Source: Azolla caroliniana
Taxonomy: Eukaryota; Plantae; Polypodiophyta
Assembly: GCA_043228905.1 (NCBI GenBank)
Contig: JBHGNT010000001.1
Span: 1,860,001-1,924,000 of the forward strand
Reading direction: 5' to 3'
DNA length: 64,000 nucleotides
Made by a program: the position numbers and the translations under genes. Under the pieces are notes generated by a model, which saw nothing but the letters and a program-made list of their open reading frames with translations, was not told where the DNA came from and ran no database searches. This document shows positions 12,950-24,890 of the stretch, one piece after another (position 1 is the first letter of the stretch; every line of letters begins with the position of its first letter).

Positions 12950-14650
12950 TTCCTAAGATGGGATATTCATACATACTTTGAAGTTTGAAGCACCAAGTCT
13001 CGGCATGCGAAGAAAAGATCTCTCTCTACGGATGGATGTGGCAGACATACCCAAGCAATATATCCATCTTTTTGTTGCCTCTTCGCTTTCTTTGGGAAAG
13101 GACCAATTACCAGAACCAACGAAGATCATAGACAAGAAGCCAAAACTTGATTGAGGTATCCAAGGTCCCAACAAAGCCCTCGATAACTTACTTTATCTCA
13201 ATTGTACGTTTGTGCTCGAGGAGTCTTGTCTCATGTCTCAAGTTCGTGTGCTTCCTATTGATGGCACTTCTTACATGTTTGTGGAGAGGGCGTCTTTTGT
13301 TCCTCTCCCAAGTGGGCTTTGCCATGAACCCTTTGGCTCTCTCAAAAGTGATCGCTTTGTCTCTCTAGAAAATGATCACTTTGTCTTAGGGTCATTTGCC
13401 ACTTTTGTATGCAAATTGGGCTTAATGTAAGTCACAAGGTTTGTAACCTATGGTTCATGCAAATAACAAGAAGGCGTGTGTAGGTAGTTTGCTCAATGGT
13501 CTTTCCAAACTCTAAACTTGCTCAACTCTAAGGTTAAAGGACCAATACGGCAATCAATTGTGTTGACTCTTTCATATGTTCCACGTGTTATTTGGTTTAT
13601 TTTGTACATTGACTTAAGACAGTTAAATATGGCAAGGTAGTATGCACTTCCAAGCATCAACAAACGATCCCATAAATTTTCATATCTTGATCTAGGTTAA
13701 TCTTTTATGTAATGCATTGATTACTCGGGACGTTGTGACTCGTCTCAATGTTGGTTCCTCTTTATCCATGTTTTTGTTAGAAGATTGCTTCACCATAGTT
13801 ATTTGCATTATCTTGTACTTTACATCATTTGAGGACAACAAAATACTTAGCTACTTCCTACTATGCATGGAAATATTATAAACCTTAGGGTTAAACAAAT
13901 TTTAGATGGTTGACCCCTATCCTTCAAATCTCCAAAACAATCGAACCACAATATATAGCCAACATAGTGTATGCATCCTAACGGCTATTCTTTGGATGTT
14001 TTATGAACTTTGCCATCATCATGATCAATTTAGTCTTGTATTGCACAAATATGGAAGTCTCACAATTGTAATGCATATTTTTATCTATTCTCCCTAACCT
14101 TTTCCTCATTGACATGGAAGGAAAATTGGTCATCTCCTAAATAGGTTCACTGGGGATGGTTCATATTTGTTGTCTGTGCATCTTTATAATTCAAAAAAGT
14201 TCCTCTATGAACACAATGGAATGACAAAATTTGATGGAATTTTACTTCCGAAGCCAAAAACATTATACATAAATAATATTCAGATAACATCAATTTATTT
14301 GTAGCTTAAATGTGGGTTCTTTCTAGGCCAAAGTGATTGTGGCCATGGTAACATATTAAGGAAATCCGGTGAAACCCCAAAGAGTAAAGCAAAATACAAG
14401 TCATCAAGCTTGGTAAACAAAGAGCTCAATTGGTTTACGATCTGGTATAGATACACACTTCTCTTGAAGAGAAGCATTCACGAATCTCTTGTGATAATAA
14501 TAATTTGAAGATTCCACCAACTTGTTGAAGAGTCCATTAAGGGAAGCATTCACGAATCTCTTGTGATAATAACAATTTGAAGATCCCACCAACTTGTTGA
14601 AGAGTCCGTTAGGAGAAGCACTTGAAGTTTGCTGAAACCCTAGGTTTGTT
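12950..14650 (-). mobile_element. Possible heavily decayed LTR-retrotransposon (gag-like) remnant
   Basis: Minus-strand fragment near 14100-14200 resembles copia gag (NLFRRx..FPSMSMR). Stops occur in all frames. Confidence 0.2.
14471..14620. repeat. Tandem duplication, 72-bp unit x2
   Basis: gaagcattcacgaatctcttgtgataata...ccaccaacttgttgaagagtcc at 14471 and 14543. Confidence 0.85.
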
Positions 14651-15513
14651 TCCTACTTGCGAGTACACAAACCTTTGTGCTTACAATCCTGCTATTGCCT
14701 TATATTAGCAATATAAATACCCAAATCTTTTGCACACTGGAATCCAAGGTAGACCTTAATATTTGCAAGATAAGCATCTGAAATGTTAATGCCAAGATTT
14801 CACAAAATACAGGATCATTTCCCTTACATTTGTAAGATAAATACACCGCCTTTTTCCATGTATTCAAAGGACGAGGACACAGTTTTCTCCATTGTATTTG
14901 CAAGATAAGTGCCCAAATTTTGCTTTATATTCACAAGAAAGTACATGAATGTTTGGCTTATCTAAAGCTTCAGACGTGCCAATACCATATCCATATATAC
15001 AAGGCCTAGTTTACTAAGCAATGAGTTGAACTCAAGATATAGAATTCATATTCATGACAGCACTGACCTCTCGAAGAGAAATATGCATGGAAACCATCTC
15101 CAATCAGCTCCTGTGGCAATAACAGCTTGAATCCTACCTTCCTTTACATCCATATATGCCAATGTATAGGACCTCTATGAATGCCCTTATTCGTGCTTTC
15201 TTTGCAATTGAGCATTTCCTTGATGTTGTAGCTTATTGTGATGAGATAACTATTCAAATTTATTTGTTGCAAGTTAAGTACCGTTTTTTTTGCTAATTCT
15301 CTCAGCAAAAGATTAGGCCCTGAAATTTTCTGAGCACAAGGACCTGAGAATTTGTTCTTCACAAGAGGGCTACCCAAAGGGCTGTATTAATGTTCCCAGT
15401 AACCAATCCTCCCTGAAATATTTTCCATTAGGACAGGGGGTCTAGGATTCAGATTAAACGTTTAGGTCCTATGTTCCAGTGTTTGGGCTTAAAATCTCAT
15501 AAAACAAAATGGA

Positions 15514-17562
15514 TCAAAGTAATGCCGTATCTGTATGCGTTTTGCAGCCAGTAAGCAATATCCTCCACACTTCAGAAGATGGAGAACAAGGTGCCGTTTG
15601 GAGGAGTTTCCTTGCCTCCTCCATTAGTCCTGCCCTCGCAAGAACATCCAACATACAACTCATGTGATCATTTGTACACATATTTTCTTCAACCATTCTT
15701 CTGAAAACCTCACAACCCTCTCGAATAAGAGATGCACGGCTACATACTTTCAGAAAACAAGAGAAAGTTGCAGCATCTGACTTCACTCCCACTTCCCTCA
15801 TCCTCTTAAATAAACCAATTGCTATGTCACTCTGTTGGTTGATACCATATGCCTTTATCATTGCATTCCATGATGTGACATCACATGACTCAAGCTTTTC
15901 GAAGACATACCTAGCATCCAACAAGAGAGAGAGTTTCGCATACATGTCCAACAAAGAGCTACTAAGTGCAGGGTCTCGATCAAAACCCCTCAACACAGAG
16001 TCAAAGTGCATTTCTCGACCTTTATCAAAGGCTCCCATATTGCCGCAAGCTTTTATACACCACATAAAAGTTGCAACTCCTTGCCAAACATTGTCAGTCC
16101 TCATGCGTACAAAACATGTGACGGCTTCTTGATAAGGCCCGTGTTCCGCATAGCCTGATATAAGAACATTCCATGAGACATTATCTCGTATCAGCAACTT
16201 GTCAAAAGCTTCTTTAGCTTCCACAAGAGAACCACATTTAGCATACATGTCGACCAAAGCACTACACAAAAAAAGTTCCCGATCAACAGTCTTTCTTTTG
16301 GCCAGTCGGTGGATTTCTCGGCCCTTGTCAATGGCCCCAATCTTTCCACATACTTTCAGTACTGAAGCGAATATATTGACATCAGGAGAAATGCCCTCCA
16401 TTTGCATTATATCAAAGCATTGAAGCAAATCCTCATCAGATCCATGTTCGCTATAGCTAGTGAAGAGAGATGTCCAAGAGACAACATCCCGGAATGGCAA
16501 CTTGGTTAAGATTTGACATGCTTCTTGTAGTGAACCACATTTTGCGTATGTATCTATTAAACAATTTCCCATGTGCCTTTCTCTTTCCAGTCCTCTATTT
16601 ATGATGGCATTGTGCATATGATGAGCTTCATGCATATCTTTTAGGCATCCACAAGCTTTTAAGATTGCAATATAAGTGATGGTATCAGGCGAGAGTCTGT
16701 CCTCATATTGCATCTTCTTAAAGCATTCCATAGCCTCGTATGCATATCCATGTTCGATATATGCCAAAATCAATGCACTCCAAGATACAACATTCCGGAT
16801 CGGAAGCTTTAGGAAGACATCTTCAGCTTCTTGAAGTGACTGGCATTTTCCATACATATCCACTAAAGTGCTCCCAATAAAAAGATCTTCCTCGAACCCT
16901 CTACATATAATCTCACTATAAACATCTCTGCCTCTATTCAAATCATTCAAGCTAATGCAAGTTTTCAGAAGAGCTACAAATGTGCAGCAATTGGGATATA
17001 GTTTAAAACAATTCATTTTCTCATATAAATCAATGGCCTGGGAACTTGAAACATGATCGTATTGAATATAGCCGAGCATGAGACAAGTCCATGTACATAT
17101 GTTTTGCTCAGAAAGGATCGAGAAAACATGGTGTGCATCAGTGAAGCTACCACATCCTACAAACATTTGAACTATATTGTTTCCTATGACTTTATGAGAT
17201 TCAAGTCCACATTTACATACCTTGACATGTAGACGCTTGCATATATTCACATTTTTGCTTCTTTTACATGTTTCCACGAAGTGAATGAGATCATCTACTG
17301 ATGGAACATCGTCGATTTCTTCGAGAAAATGAAGAATTTCTGCATCTAACGTGGGATTTTTCTCATGGGTGCCCTTGCCCAGTTCATTTTTTTTTTCTGT
17401 TCCTGTTTCCTTTTCCTTTTGCAGTTCTTTGCAATAGAAGTGAAGATAATGCAGAGGATTGGAGAGGAAAGATTTCTTGTCACCACAGAATGTTAATGGA
17501 ATTACTGCTTTATGCAGAGAGCTTGAAGGGACCTTCACTCTGTTCAGCAGTGTGATGATCAT
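15514..17562 (-). CDS. PLS-class pentatricopeptide repeat protein ending within E1, no DYW (682 aa)
   Basis: Intronless ORF with repeated LVDMY(A/G)KCGS...A..VF / VSW..LI..Y / PD..T...LKAC motifs. Ends VWRILLTGCKTHTDTALL*. Confidence 0.92.
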   Translation of the reverse strand: MIITLLNRVKVPSSSLHKAVIPLTFCGDKKSFLSNPLHYLHFYCKELQKEKETGTEKKNELGKGTHEKNPTLDAEILHFLEEIDDVPSVDDLIHFVETCKRSKNVNICKRLHVKVCKCGLESHKVIGNNIVQMFVGCGSFTDAHHVFSILSEQNICTWTCLMLGYIQYDHVSSSQAIDLYEKMNCFKLYPNCCTFVALLKTCISLNDLNRGRDVYSEIICRGFEEDLFIGSTLVDMYGKCQSLQEAEDVFLKLPIRNVVSWSALILAYIEHGYAYEAMECFKKMQYEDRLSPDTITYIAILKACGCLKDMHEAHHMHNAIINRGLERERHMGNCLIDTYAKCGSLQEACQILTKLPFRDVVSWTSLFTSYSEHGSDEDLLQCFDIMQMEGISPDVNIFASVLKVCGKIGAIDKGREIHRLAKRKTVDRELFLCSALVDMYAKCGSLVEAKEAFDKLLIRDNVSWNVLISGYAEHGPYQEAVTCFVRMRTDNVWQGVATFMWCIKACGNMGAFDKGREMHFDSVLRGFDRDPALSSSLLDMYAKLSLLLDARYVFEKLESCDVTSWNAMIKAYGINQQSDIAIGLFKRMREVGVKSDAATFSCFLKVCSRASLIREGCEVFRRMVEENMCTNDHMSCMLDVLARAGLMEEARKLLQTAPCSPSSEVWRILLTGCKTHTDTALL

Positions 17563-18980
17563 TCCGAGACAGAAGGACCGGATGACATTAAGGTGTTCTT
17601 GTTGATTAATAAAGATTAGTGTGTGTTAATGATATGATTTTAAGAAAAGTTCAATTGAATGACTGGAATTAACTATTGAATAGGATTATTATGTTCTAAT
17701 GGAATGGATTTAATTCATTTGCAAATGAATGACTGGAATCATGACCTTGACCCATGACCCTTTGATCCATGGCAAGACCATGACTCCATGTAGCCATGGA
17801 CTTATAGAATTGTGGCAACGGATCAATCTTATGAATAGTTATTTCAACCGAATTGGACTATGAAACCACAGCTTGACTTGATAATAGGGTTGGTTCTGTT
17901 CGGTTTACATTTACAAATTTGTGAACGGTTTGGTTGAAGTCTTTTATTGGCTTAACAATCCGTGGTGTATTTAACTTCAATTTGTGGTTTAAATGGATTA
18001 ATAGTTCGCGAACAAACTTTTTTAGTTTTTAATTGGTTCATTAATTACAACTTTAAAGATATATTAGGCGATGTGTTAGTAGCGTGATTAAGTGTTCGTT
18101 AATAAAAACTTTGAGTGTAATTGAGCCAATATTGAACCACAAAACCTTGGTTTAATGGCTTGTGGACTTTTGAATTGTTTGTTTCCTAGAGATATGTCAA
18201 AATGGCTTGGGTTGAATGGTTTTGTGGTTTGGTTTAAGTTTCAAAAACTTCAAATGGTTTGGGTTTAAGACTCCAAACCCAAGTTGTTGTCGATTACTAA
18301 TCAAACGTGCACATCTCAAACTTTACATACAAGCTCGTGGTAGGTCCTCTTGGTTCCAAAAGAGCATCACCATTTCATTGATACGTACCATTATAAAACT
18401 TGTCCATGTGCTTGTGAAAGATACTACGCATCAATAGTTGGAAAACAATGCTAGGATGTTGTAGATCAAATGGCACTGGGAAATATTTGAAGTGTCGAAA
18501 GTTCGAGAATTAAAAGGAGCTTGAGAAACCTCATTCACTTGTCTTGTTGACAAAAGGGAAGATAATGGAATGATGTCGGTAGTAAAAAACAACTCCGACT
18601 GGGTAAAGGCTCAAAGGAGCCCTCCCACACACACGCGCGCACATGTATAAAATTTATACAAGCATCAATGAAGGACATATGCAAGAATACATATTGAGAA
18701 CACAAAATCACAACAAAATCTCTTTTTTCTTTTGCACATAATGAACAAACATACACACCCAACAATGCGTAGATGGCGATGCTAGCAATGACGCCGACTC
18801 CGACACATAGAGGTGCCGGTATGAATCTCAATGACATTAATACCAAACACATAAAGAGATGCCGATACGAGTCTCACTGACATAGACACCAACACCGTTC
18901 GTCAATACACAATCATGGACAAGGAGATACAAACAAGAGTACGTAGAGAGAAACTGATACAAGGACATATACGAATGCGT

Positions 18981-19216
18981 ATATATACATACATACATAC
19001 ATACATACGTACGTACGTACATACATACATACGTACGTACATACATACATACATACGTATATACATACATACATACATACACACATACATACATATGTAC
19101 ATACACACACACACACACATACATACATACACACATATATACATATATACATACATACATACATACATACATAGATACATACATACATAGATACATACAT
19201 ACATACATACATACAT
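18981..19216. repeat. Compound (ATAC)n/(AC)n microsatellite
   Basis: Seen directly. Explains the spurious MYVC ORFs. Confidence 0.95.
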
Positions 19217-19337
19217 AGGGTTGGTCATCATGCAAAAGATACATGGCAAAAAATACATGGTAGAACACAAAGTCACAACAAATTTGCTTTCATTTTTCTC
19301 ATTTTCTTAGCTTTTGGGGTTTCTTAGGGTTCTGCGA

Positions 19338-19383
<46 letters not shown>

Positions 19384-19466
19384 ATATCCTTTCCTCCTCT
19401 TCCGATTGCCACAGAGTTTCTCCTCTTCATCTAGCGTCTGATTTCTGTGCGAGGATCGCCATCGCC

Positions 19467-20198
19467 ATGGCCACTCTTCTAAGAGCGTCTCCCTCTCTTC
19501 TCCCTCTCTCTTCTCCATCATCCTCAGCATCATCTACCCGTATTCTCTCTCGCAAACCTCATCTCTGCATCGTCAGAAGCTCAGCCCATATCAACCCTCC
19601 ATCGCCCATCACCATTTCCAAAAGCAGAACTGTGAATGCTTCCTCGCCGGCTTCCCAAATCTTTAAGAAACCACCGATCGTCATCTCCGAGACCAGAATA
19701 TCCATGGTCAAGACCTTAATTGCCCTAACTAATTCACTCATTCAAAACCTAATTTCATCTCTACAGAATCACCACAGGCAGTTCTTCAAACAAGACCTGT
19801 CATCATCCCCGTCATCAGAAGTGGAACAGATAAATGACCTAAAAAAGGATCTATGCATGGCATCAACGACGGGGATGGCTCCTTCTGTTCTCCTCTGTTT
19901 CGCTGCCATATCCACGAATAGCGTGAATACTCCATTAACAGTGGTGGCATCAGGGATGGCGAAATGGCTAGAGCTTTACAGTGGCGTTCTAATGGTGAGA
20001 GTTCTTCTGAGTTGGTTCCCAAACATACCATGGGAGAGACAACCTCTTCAAGCAATACGGGACATGTGTGATCCTTACCTCAACTTGTTCAGGAACATTG
20101 TTCCTCCCCTCTTCAATGCCCTTGATGTCAGTCCACTCTTGGCTTTCCTTGTTCTTGGTCTCCTTGCTTCCATCCTCAACACCACCATCCAAGCTTGA
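19467..20198 (+). CDS. YLMG1: YlmG/YGGT-family chloroplast protein (YLMG1), intronless, 243 aa
   Basis: Ser-rich transit peptide from MATLLRASP (ATG 19467). YGGT domain AKWLELYSGVLMVRVLLSWFPNIPWERQPLQAIRDMCDPYLNLFRNIVPPLFNALDVSPLLAF. (CT)n tract in the 5' leader. Confidence 0.93.
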   Translation: MATLLRASPSLLPLSSPSSSASSTRILSRKPHLCIVRSSAHINPPSPITISKSRTVNASSPASQIFKKPPIVISETRISMVKTLIALTNSLIQNLISSLQNHHRQFFKQDLSSSPSSEVEQINDLKKDLCMASTTGMAPSVLLCFAAISTNSVNTPLTVVASGMAKWLELYSGVLMVRVLLSWFPNIPWERQPLQAIRDMCDPYLNLFRNIVPPLFNALDVSPLLAFLVLGLLASILNTTIQA

Positions 20199-20439
20199 TG
20201 AGACATTCTTTTTGCTTTCTGCGTTTTTGCTTTATGTGGTTCTTCATCAGGTATTTCTCTTGCTCCTTTCTTCTTTCCTCTTTTAGTTGTTATCTGTTGC
20301 CCTTCATCTTCTTCCCCAGGTATTATTCTTGCCACAACCTCTCAATTGTTTTTCGTTTTTCGTTTAGTTTTTCTAATTTCGTATGTAGATAAATGTATGG
20401 TTATGGATGTGGACATTCTTCAATTTGTTAAGTTGCATT

Positions 20440-21150
20440 TCGATAGCATTTGAAAAAGGACGTGTTTGTTTAGGTTTTCAATGGACTTTCTTTCTCAGAT
20501 TCCTTTATTGCACTTTGGTAGACAATTAAGTTAGTTTAACATCTGTATTGCCTTTCATTTGAAAAGCAGATTTTGTTTAGCTTGTTTTGTTTGCTAAGTT
20601 TCCGTTTGATATCATTTCAAAGGTTGAGTTTCTTGAGATTTCTTATAAGGTTTCATTTTTAGATTCTTTTTACTATCAGTTTGAACGGAAGTTGAGTCAT
20701 TTTAGCTTCTTTGTCACAGGTAAAGACGAGTTTGTTTAGTCTCGTGACAATATTTGAATTTTTGGACAAAGATGAGTTTGTTTAGATGTTTGATAGCGCA
20801 CTTTTGAGTACATAAGTTTGGAAGCATTTGAATGATATGACTTTGTTAGCTTCTTGATAACATTAGAAGATTTGTCCTTTTTATAGCATTTGAAAAAGAT
20901 GGGTTCTTTAGCTTTTTGATGGTGTTTCATGAGGAGAGTGTTCTACTATTTCACGAGCATTTGAAAGAGCTGAATTTGTTTAGTTCTTATTCGAAACACA
21001 CAAATATGTGGCATCACTTAGCATTTGAAATTGACAGCTTCGTTCAGTTTTGGGTTAGCATTTGAAAGAGATGAGTTCATTAGCAAAATTGATAAGAGTT
21101 TGAAAGAGATGATTTTTCTTAGTTTTTTGATAGCATTTAGACTCTAGAGA
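20440..21150. repeat. Degenerate ~37-bp minisatellite array
   Basis: The motif tagcatttgaaa.aga.gagtttgtttag recurs at least 10 times, with 37-bp spacing at ~21019/21056/21093/21130. Confidence 0.65.
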
Positions 21151-21599
21151 AATGCAAACCATACCATGTGCTAGTTTCAGTTGTTCTTTTGTTTTCTTTG
21201 CATAGAAGTTGTTGAGATGTTTGAATGCCATGAGAACCAGCAATTCCAGTATGGTTTTCTTGTCCAAGTTGACATTATCTTTATCGACCCATACCTAGGT
21301 AGATTGCTAGTTTTCTTATTCCTTCAAAGAGAGGATTTTGCTGTCTATTTGATAACATTTGTAAATATGTAAACAGTGCAATATGTTAAGGTTTTAGCCT
21401 CTTTTTATTTTGCTTGGTTAACACTTGTTAAGATATTTCTATGCAATGGATTCAGTTGATTCGTTATTTATTTGACAGCTTTTGGAGAGATGTAAATCAT
21501 ACAGTATCTATGGCTTTTTTTGTTTTTTGTTTTTCCTGTGTTAAATTGTTACAATATTTCTATGCATTCTTGATATAAGAGTCAAATAGAGCCTTTTGC

Positions 21600-22470
21600 A
21601 TGTGGTTTTTCTCTGGATATATTCCCGTCGACAGTAACTTTATTCATTTTTATTTCACTACGGGGTTAAATAGTTGGGTTTGGATGAGGTATTCATAAGG
21701 ATTAATGTCTGTGGTTTTCGTGGAGATATCCAATGGGCATTGTTTTTGTTTCATTTACTTATTAGTGGTGCTAGAGGCGTCATCCTATGCGTGTATAAAG
21801 GTATCAGTATTGTATGTAACCTTGAAATGTAGTCATTGGATGTGGTTTTCATGAAGATATAATCCAATCGACAATTTCTTATTCACTTTTTATCTCCATA
21901 TAGGTCAATTTCTAATTCTACTTGAGGGTGTGTAGTTGCTTATGATGTATATTTTTTGTTGACCTGGTTAAGCTGCTGATATAATCCAATTGGTATCCTA
22001 TTTATTCAATTGAATCAAGGATACTTGTGTAGACCTTTTTAAAATTCTGCATGTATTCATGAAATGAGAACAGCCATGCGGTTGTGGTTTTCATGAAGAT
22101 ATAATCCAATTGGTATTCTCTTTATTCAAGGATACTCCTAGCTGGCCCTGTTTAGGTATTTCAAGTTATCATCATTTGCCCCCCTAAAATGCAGTCATTG
22201 ATGCAGTATCCATTATCTAATGATTGTTGCCATGTCATCCCATGGCTTTAATTTTACCTTCTGTGTCTAAATATGATCAGATGTTACAGTACATAAAATG
22301 TCTGGATATTAGAATTTTGTTTTCATGGAGATCCAATAGATATCGTCTTTATTTTGTGTGTTCTTCTCAACTCCTTTTTCTTCTGTCTTGTATAAATCTA
22401 TGATATTATCCCTGTTCATGAAATGAACAAGGATTGGATCAGGTGTCCATGGAGAAATCAAGATTGACTT
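21600..22470. repeat. Degenerate array with ~110-130 bp period
   Basis: Core tgtggttttcatg(a/g)agatat(aat)ccaat...ttattc at ~21601, 21710, 21841, 21975, 22083, 22318. Confidence 0.6.
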
Positions 22471-24890
22471 AACATTGCTTACCTTTTACTTTTTTTAATC
22501 GAGAAACTTGTTATTGTGTATGTTTACTGCAATGCATAATCAATAATTGGGCTTCTAAATAAAAAGAGGTGCTTGAATTTACAAGTATATGGTTTACAAT
22601 TATCTTCCCTTTGGAAATGATACATACTCTTATATCATGACTTAAGCAAGGGGTATCTGCTAGAACAAAATTTGAGTGGATCATCTACCATTATCTCAAT
22701 TAGACCATCTCGACTTGTGGCCTTCTTTTTCCAGGAAAGACAACTGAACAACAATGTGAGATTCATCATTCTAAGTTTGTCTGTCATACATCATGTTTAG
22801 GTTCATGTAGGTCCGATCCATCCACTGCCCATTAGCATCTGCACGGAAAGGCAATAATTAGTAGTATCCTTGAAACAGAGAACAAAGTCATTTCTTTTGA
22901 ATCATATGTTTTAGTTTCCATTTATATGCATTTTACCTCCTTTGTCTGATTGCATCGAGCTCTGACACTAGCAATAAGTTCTTGTGTGCTAAGTTGTTGA
23001 TGAGGATGATGTGCTTGCATTACATTGAATGGTTGGGCTTGTGGTATATCTAAGTTAACAAAGCCCATATGATCTGCCAAAGATGATTGAGAAAATTTGT
23101 GATGTTTAGTTTTTATTATAATTTGGAATCCAATTATTATATCTAAAAATCTTTCTTAGTTTTGTCATGAATAAAATCTACTTTGTTGGCTGTTGCCGAT
23201 GTCCCATATTGGATTTGAAACAGGTATTTGTAGAGAGCCCTCATCTAACCTCCGACGAGGAATACTTCTGTCATCTGTAGAAAAAATCTTGGTGTATTCT
23301 TATAAAAATGGGATTATATATACATATTACTAAACATACATATTGCTGTATACAAAAGGAATTTAGGTATGTAAGTGTATATTTCTGTATGACAAAGAAC
23401 TTTGCATATGCTATATTGCTATAAAGGTAGTTTGATAAAGTAGTTACATGGGTTTTCATAGCTTGCTGCCATTCTGCCCACAAGATGCTGCAAAACACAA
23501 ATGATTTAACAAAGTGCTAATTATAGTCAGAATAAAGCAAGCTATTACTTGTGCATATACAATATAATTATTACCCGAGATGGAAGAGCTTGTTCCAGGT
23601 GTTGGGTTTGCCTTTGAAGATGGGCAAGCTTCACCTGTGTGTATAGCAAAAGCAAGTAGCTCAGCATCCACTGTATTTACGTACATAAATACATATGCAT
23701 AAACATATATAAGTATTTGATAAACAGAGCTAGAAATAGCGTAAACGATATTGTAGGTCTAGTTTCTTGCACTCTGGGTGCTAATAACCAAACTGCTACC
23801 CAGCAAGATAACTATTTTTTTGTTGAAGAAAAAAAAGTAGTTATCTTTTTATTTCTTCAATAAAAGATTATCTATTCATTGAACCAGACTAGTTGTTGCG
23901 AGTCAGAGACCCATATCAAAATCTTTTTCGCACCAACAAGAAAATTCAACCAGTCATCGATATTAACGAGTCACGAATCTGTGACAAACCAATCAGTTCG
24001 TAGGGACCACCATTTTATAGCCATTCATCAACAGAAGCTGCTTCCCTAATAATTTAGATTTAACACCTAATGATTTAGACTGTATACGTATATTGTATTT
24101 GTATCCCAAATAAGAGGGGCAAAAATTGATATTTTCCTTCTCTCATGTATATATGCATAAAAGAAGAGTCAGTGAGCCATTCAAGCAATAGGATGATTTA
24201 TCTTGGTTGTCTCTACAAATGTGGCTTCAATATTCTCTTCGTTTCGTAGGCTGATAGTAAATAGTGGAGTTGACATGCATAAACACACATGAGATATTAA
24301 TTCACCTTGTTCTCCTCACTGTCCAGAACATCAGTCTGGGCATCTTCTAACATGTTCGCAATTCCAATTTTCAACTCTGGTGAGGATCTGCATATGTTCT
24401 TGATTGAGTAGTTGCTTGTATGTTCTCAGTCAAGCCTCTAACCTAATATCTGTTGTGACGCTGGACTCACTCATAGCTCAATGCAGTTTGGGATTTTAAG
24501 GATCAAAGATCAAGATCACATGTCATGGTAAGTTGAAGATTTCGGATTCGGCAATGGGTAAAGTTTTCTCATGGAGTGCCCGAGGGAATCCTCTTGTAAC
24601 TCACATGGCAATATACCAGCCAATTACTCCCATCGTAGATGGCTTGCCCTAGATATGCCTTCCCAAGAAGTTTGTGTGGCTATTTAAATGGTGAAGCAAC
24701 TCTAGGATATGTTCCTGCAGGATGCCTTCTGTTGAAGCGAATCCTTTTCTTCTGTTCAAGCTGATCTATCTATTTGATGCTTGTTTTGCATGAATACCAC
24801 ATGCATTATGTGGACTTATTTCATCAAGCCATCAATGCTTTCCAGGAGTAAAAAACTTTGATACAAACTACTTGTGTGTGATAACTTGAT

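Noticed and set aside
18837-19276. MYVC-rich ORFs
   Set aside because: Translations of the (ATAC)n microsatellite.
20440-22470. CRISPR-like array
   Set aside because: Repeats are highly degenerate, the context is eukaryotic and there are no cas genes.
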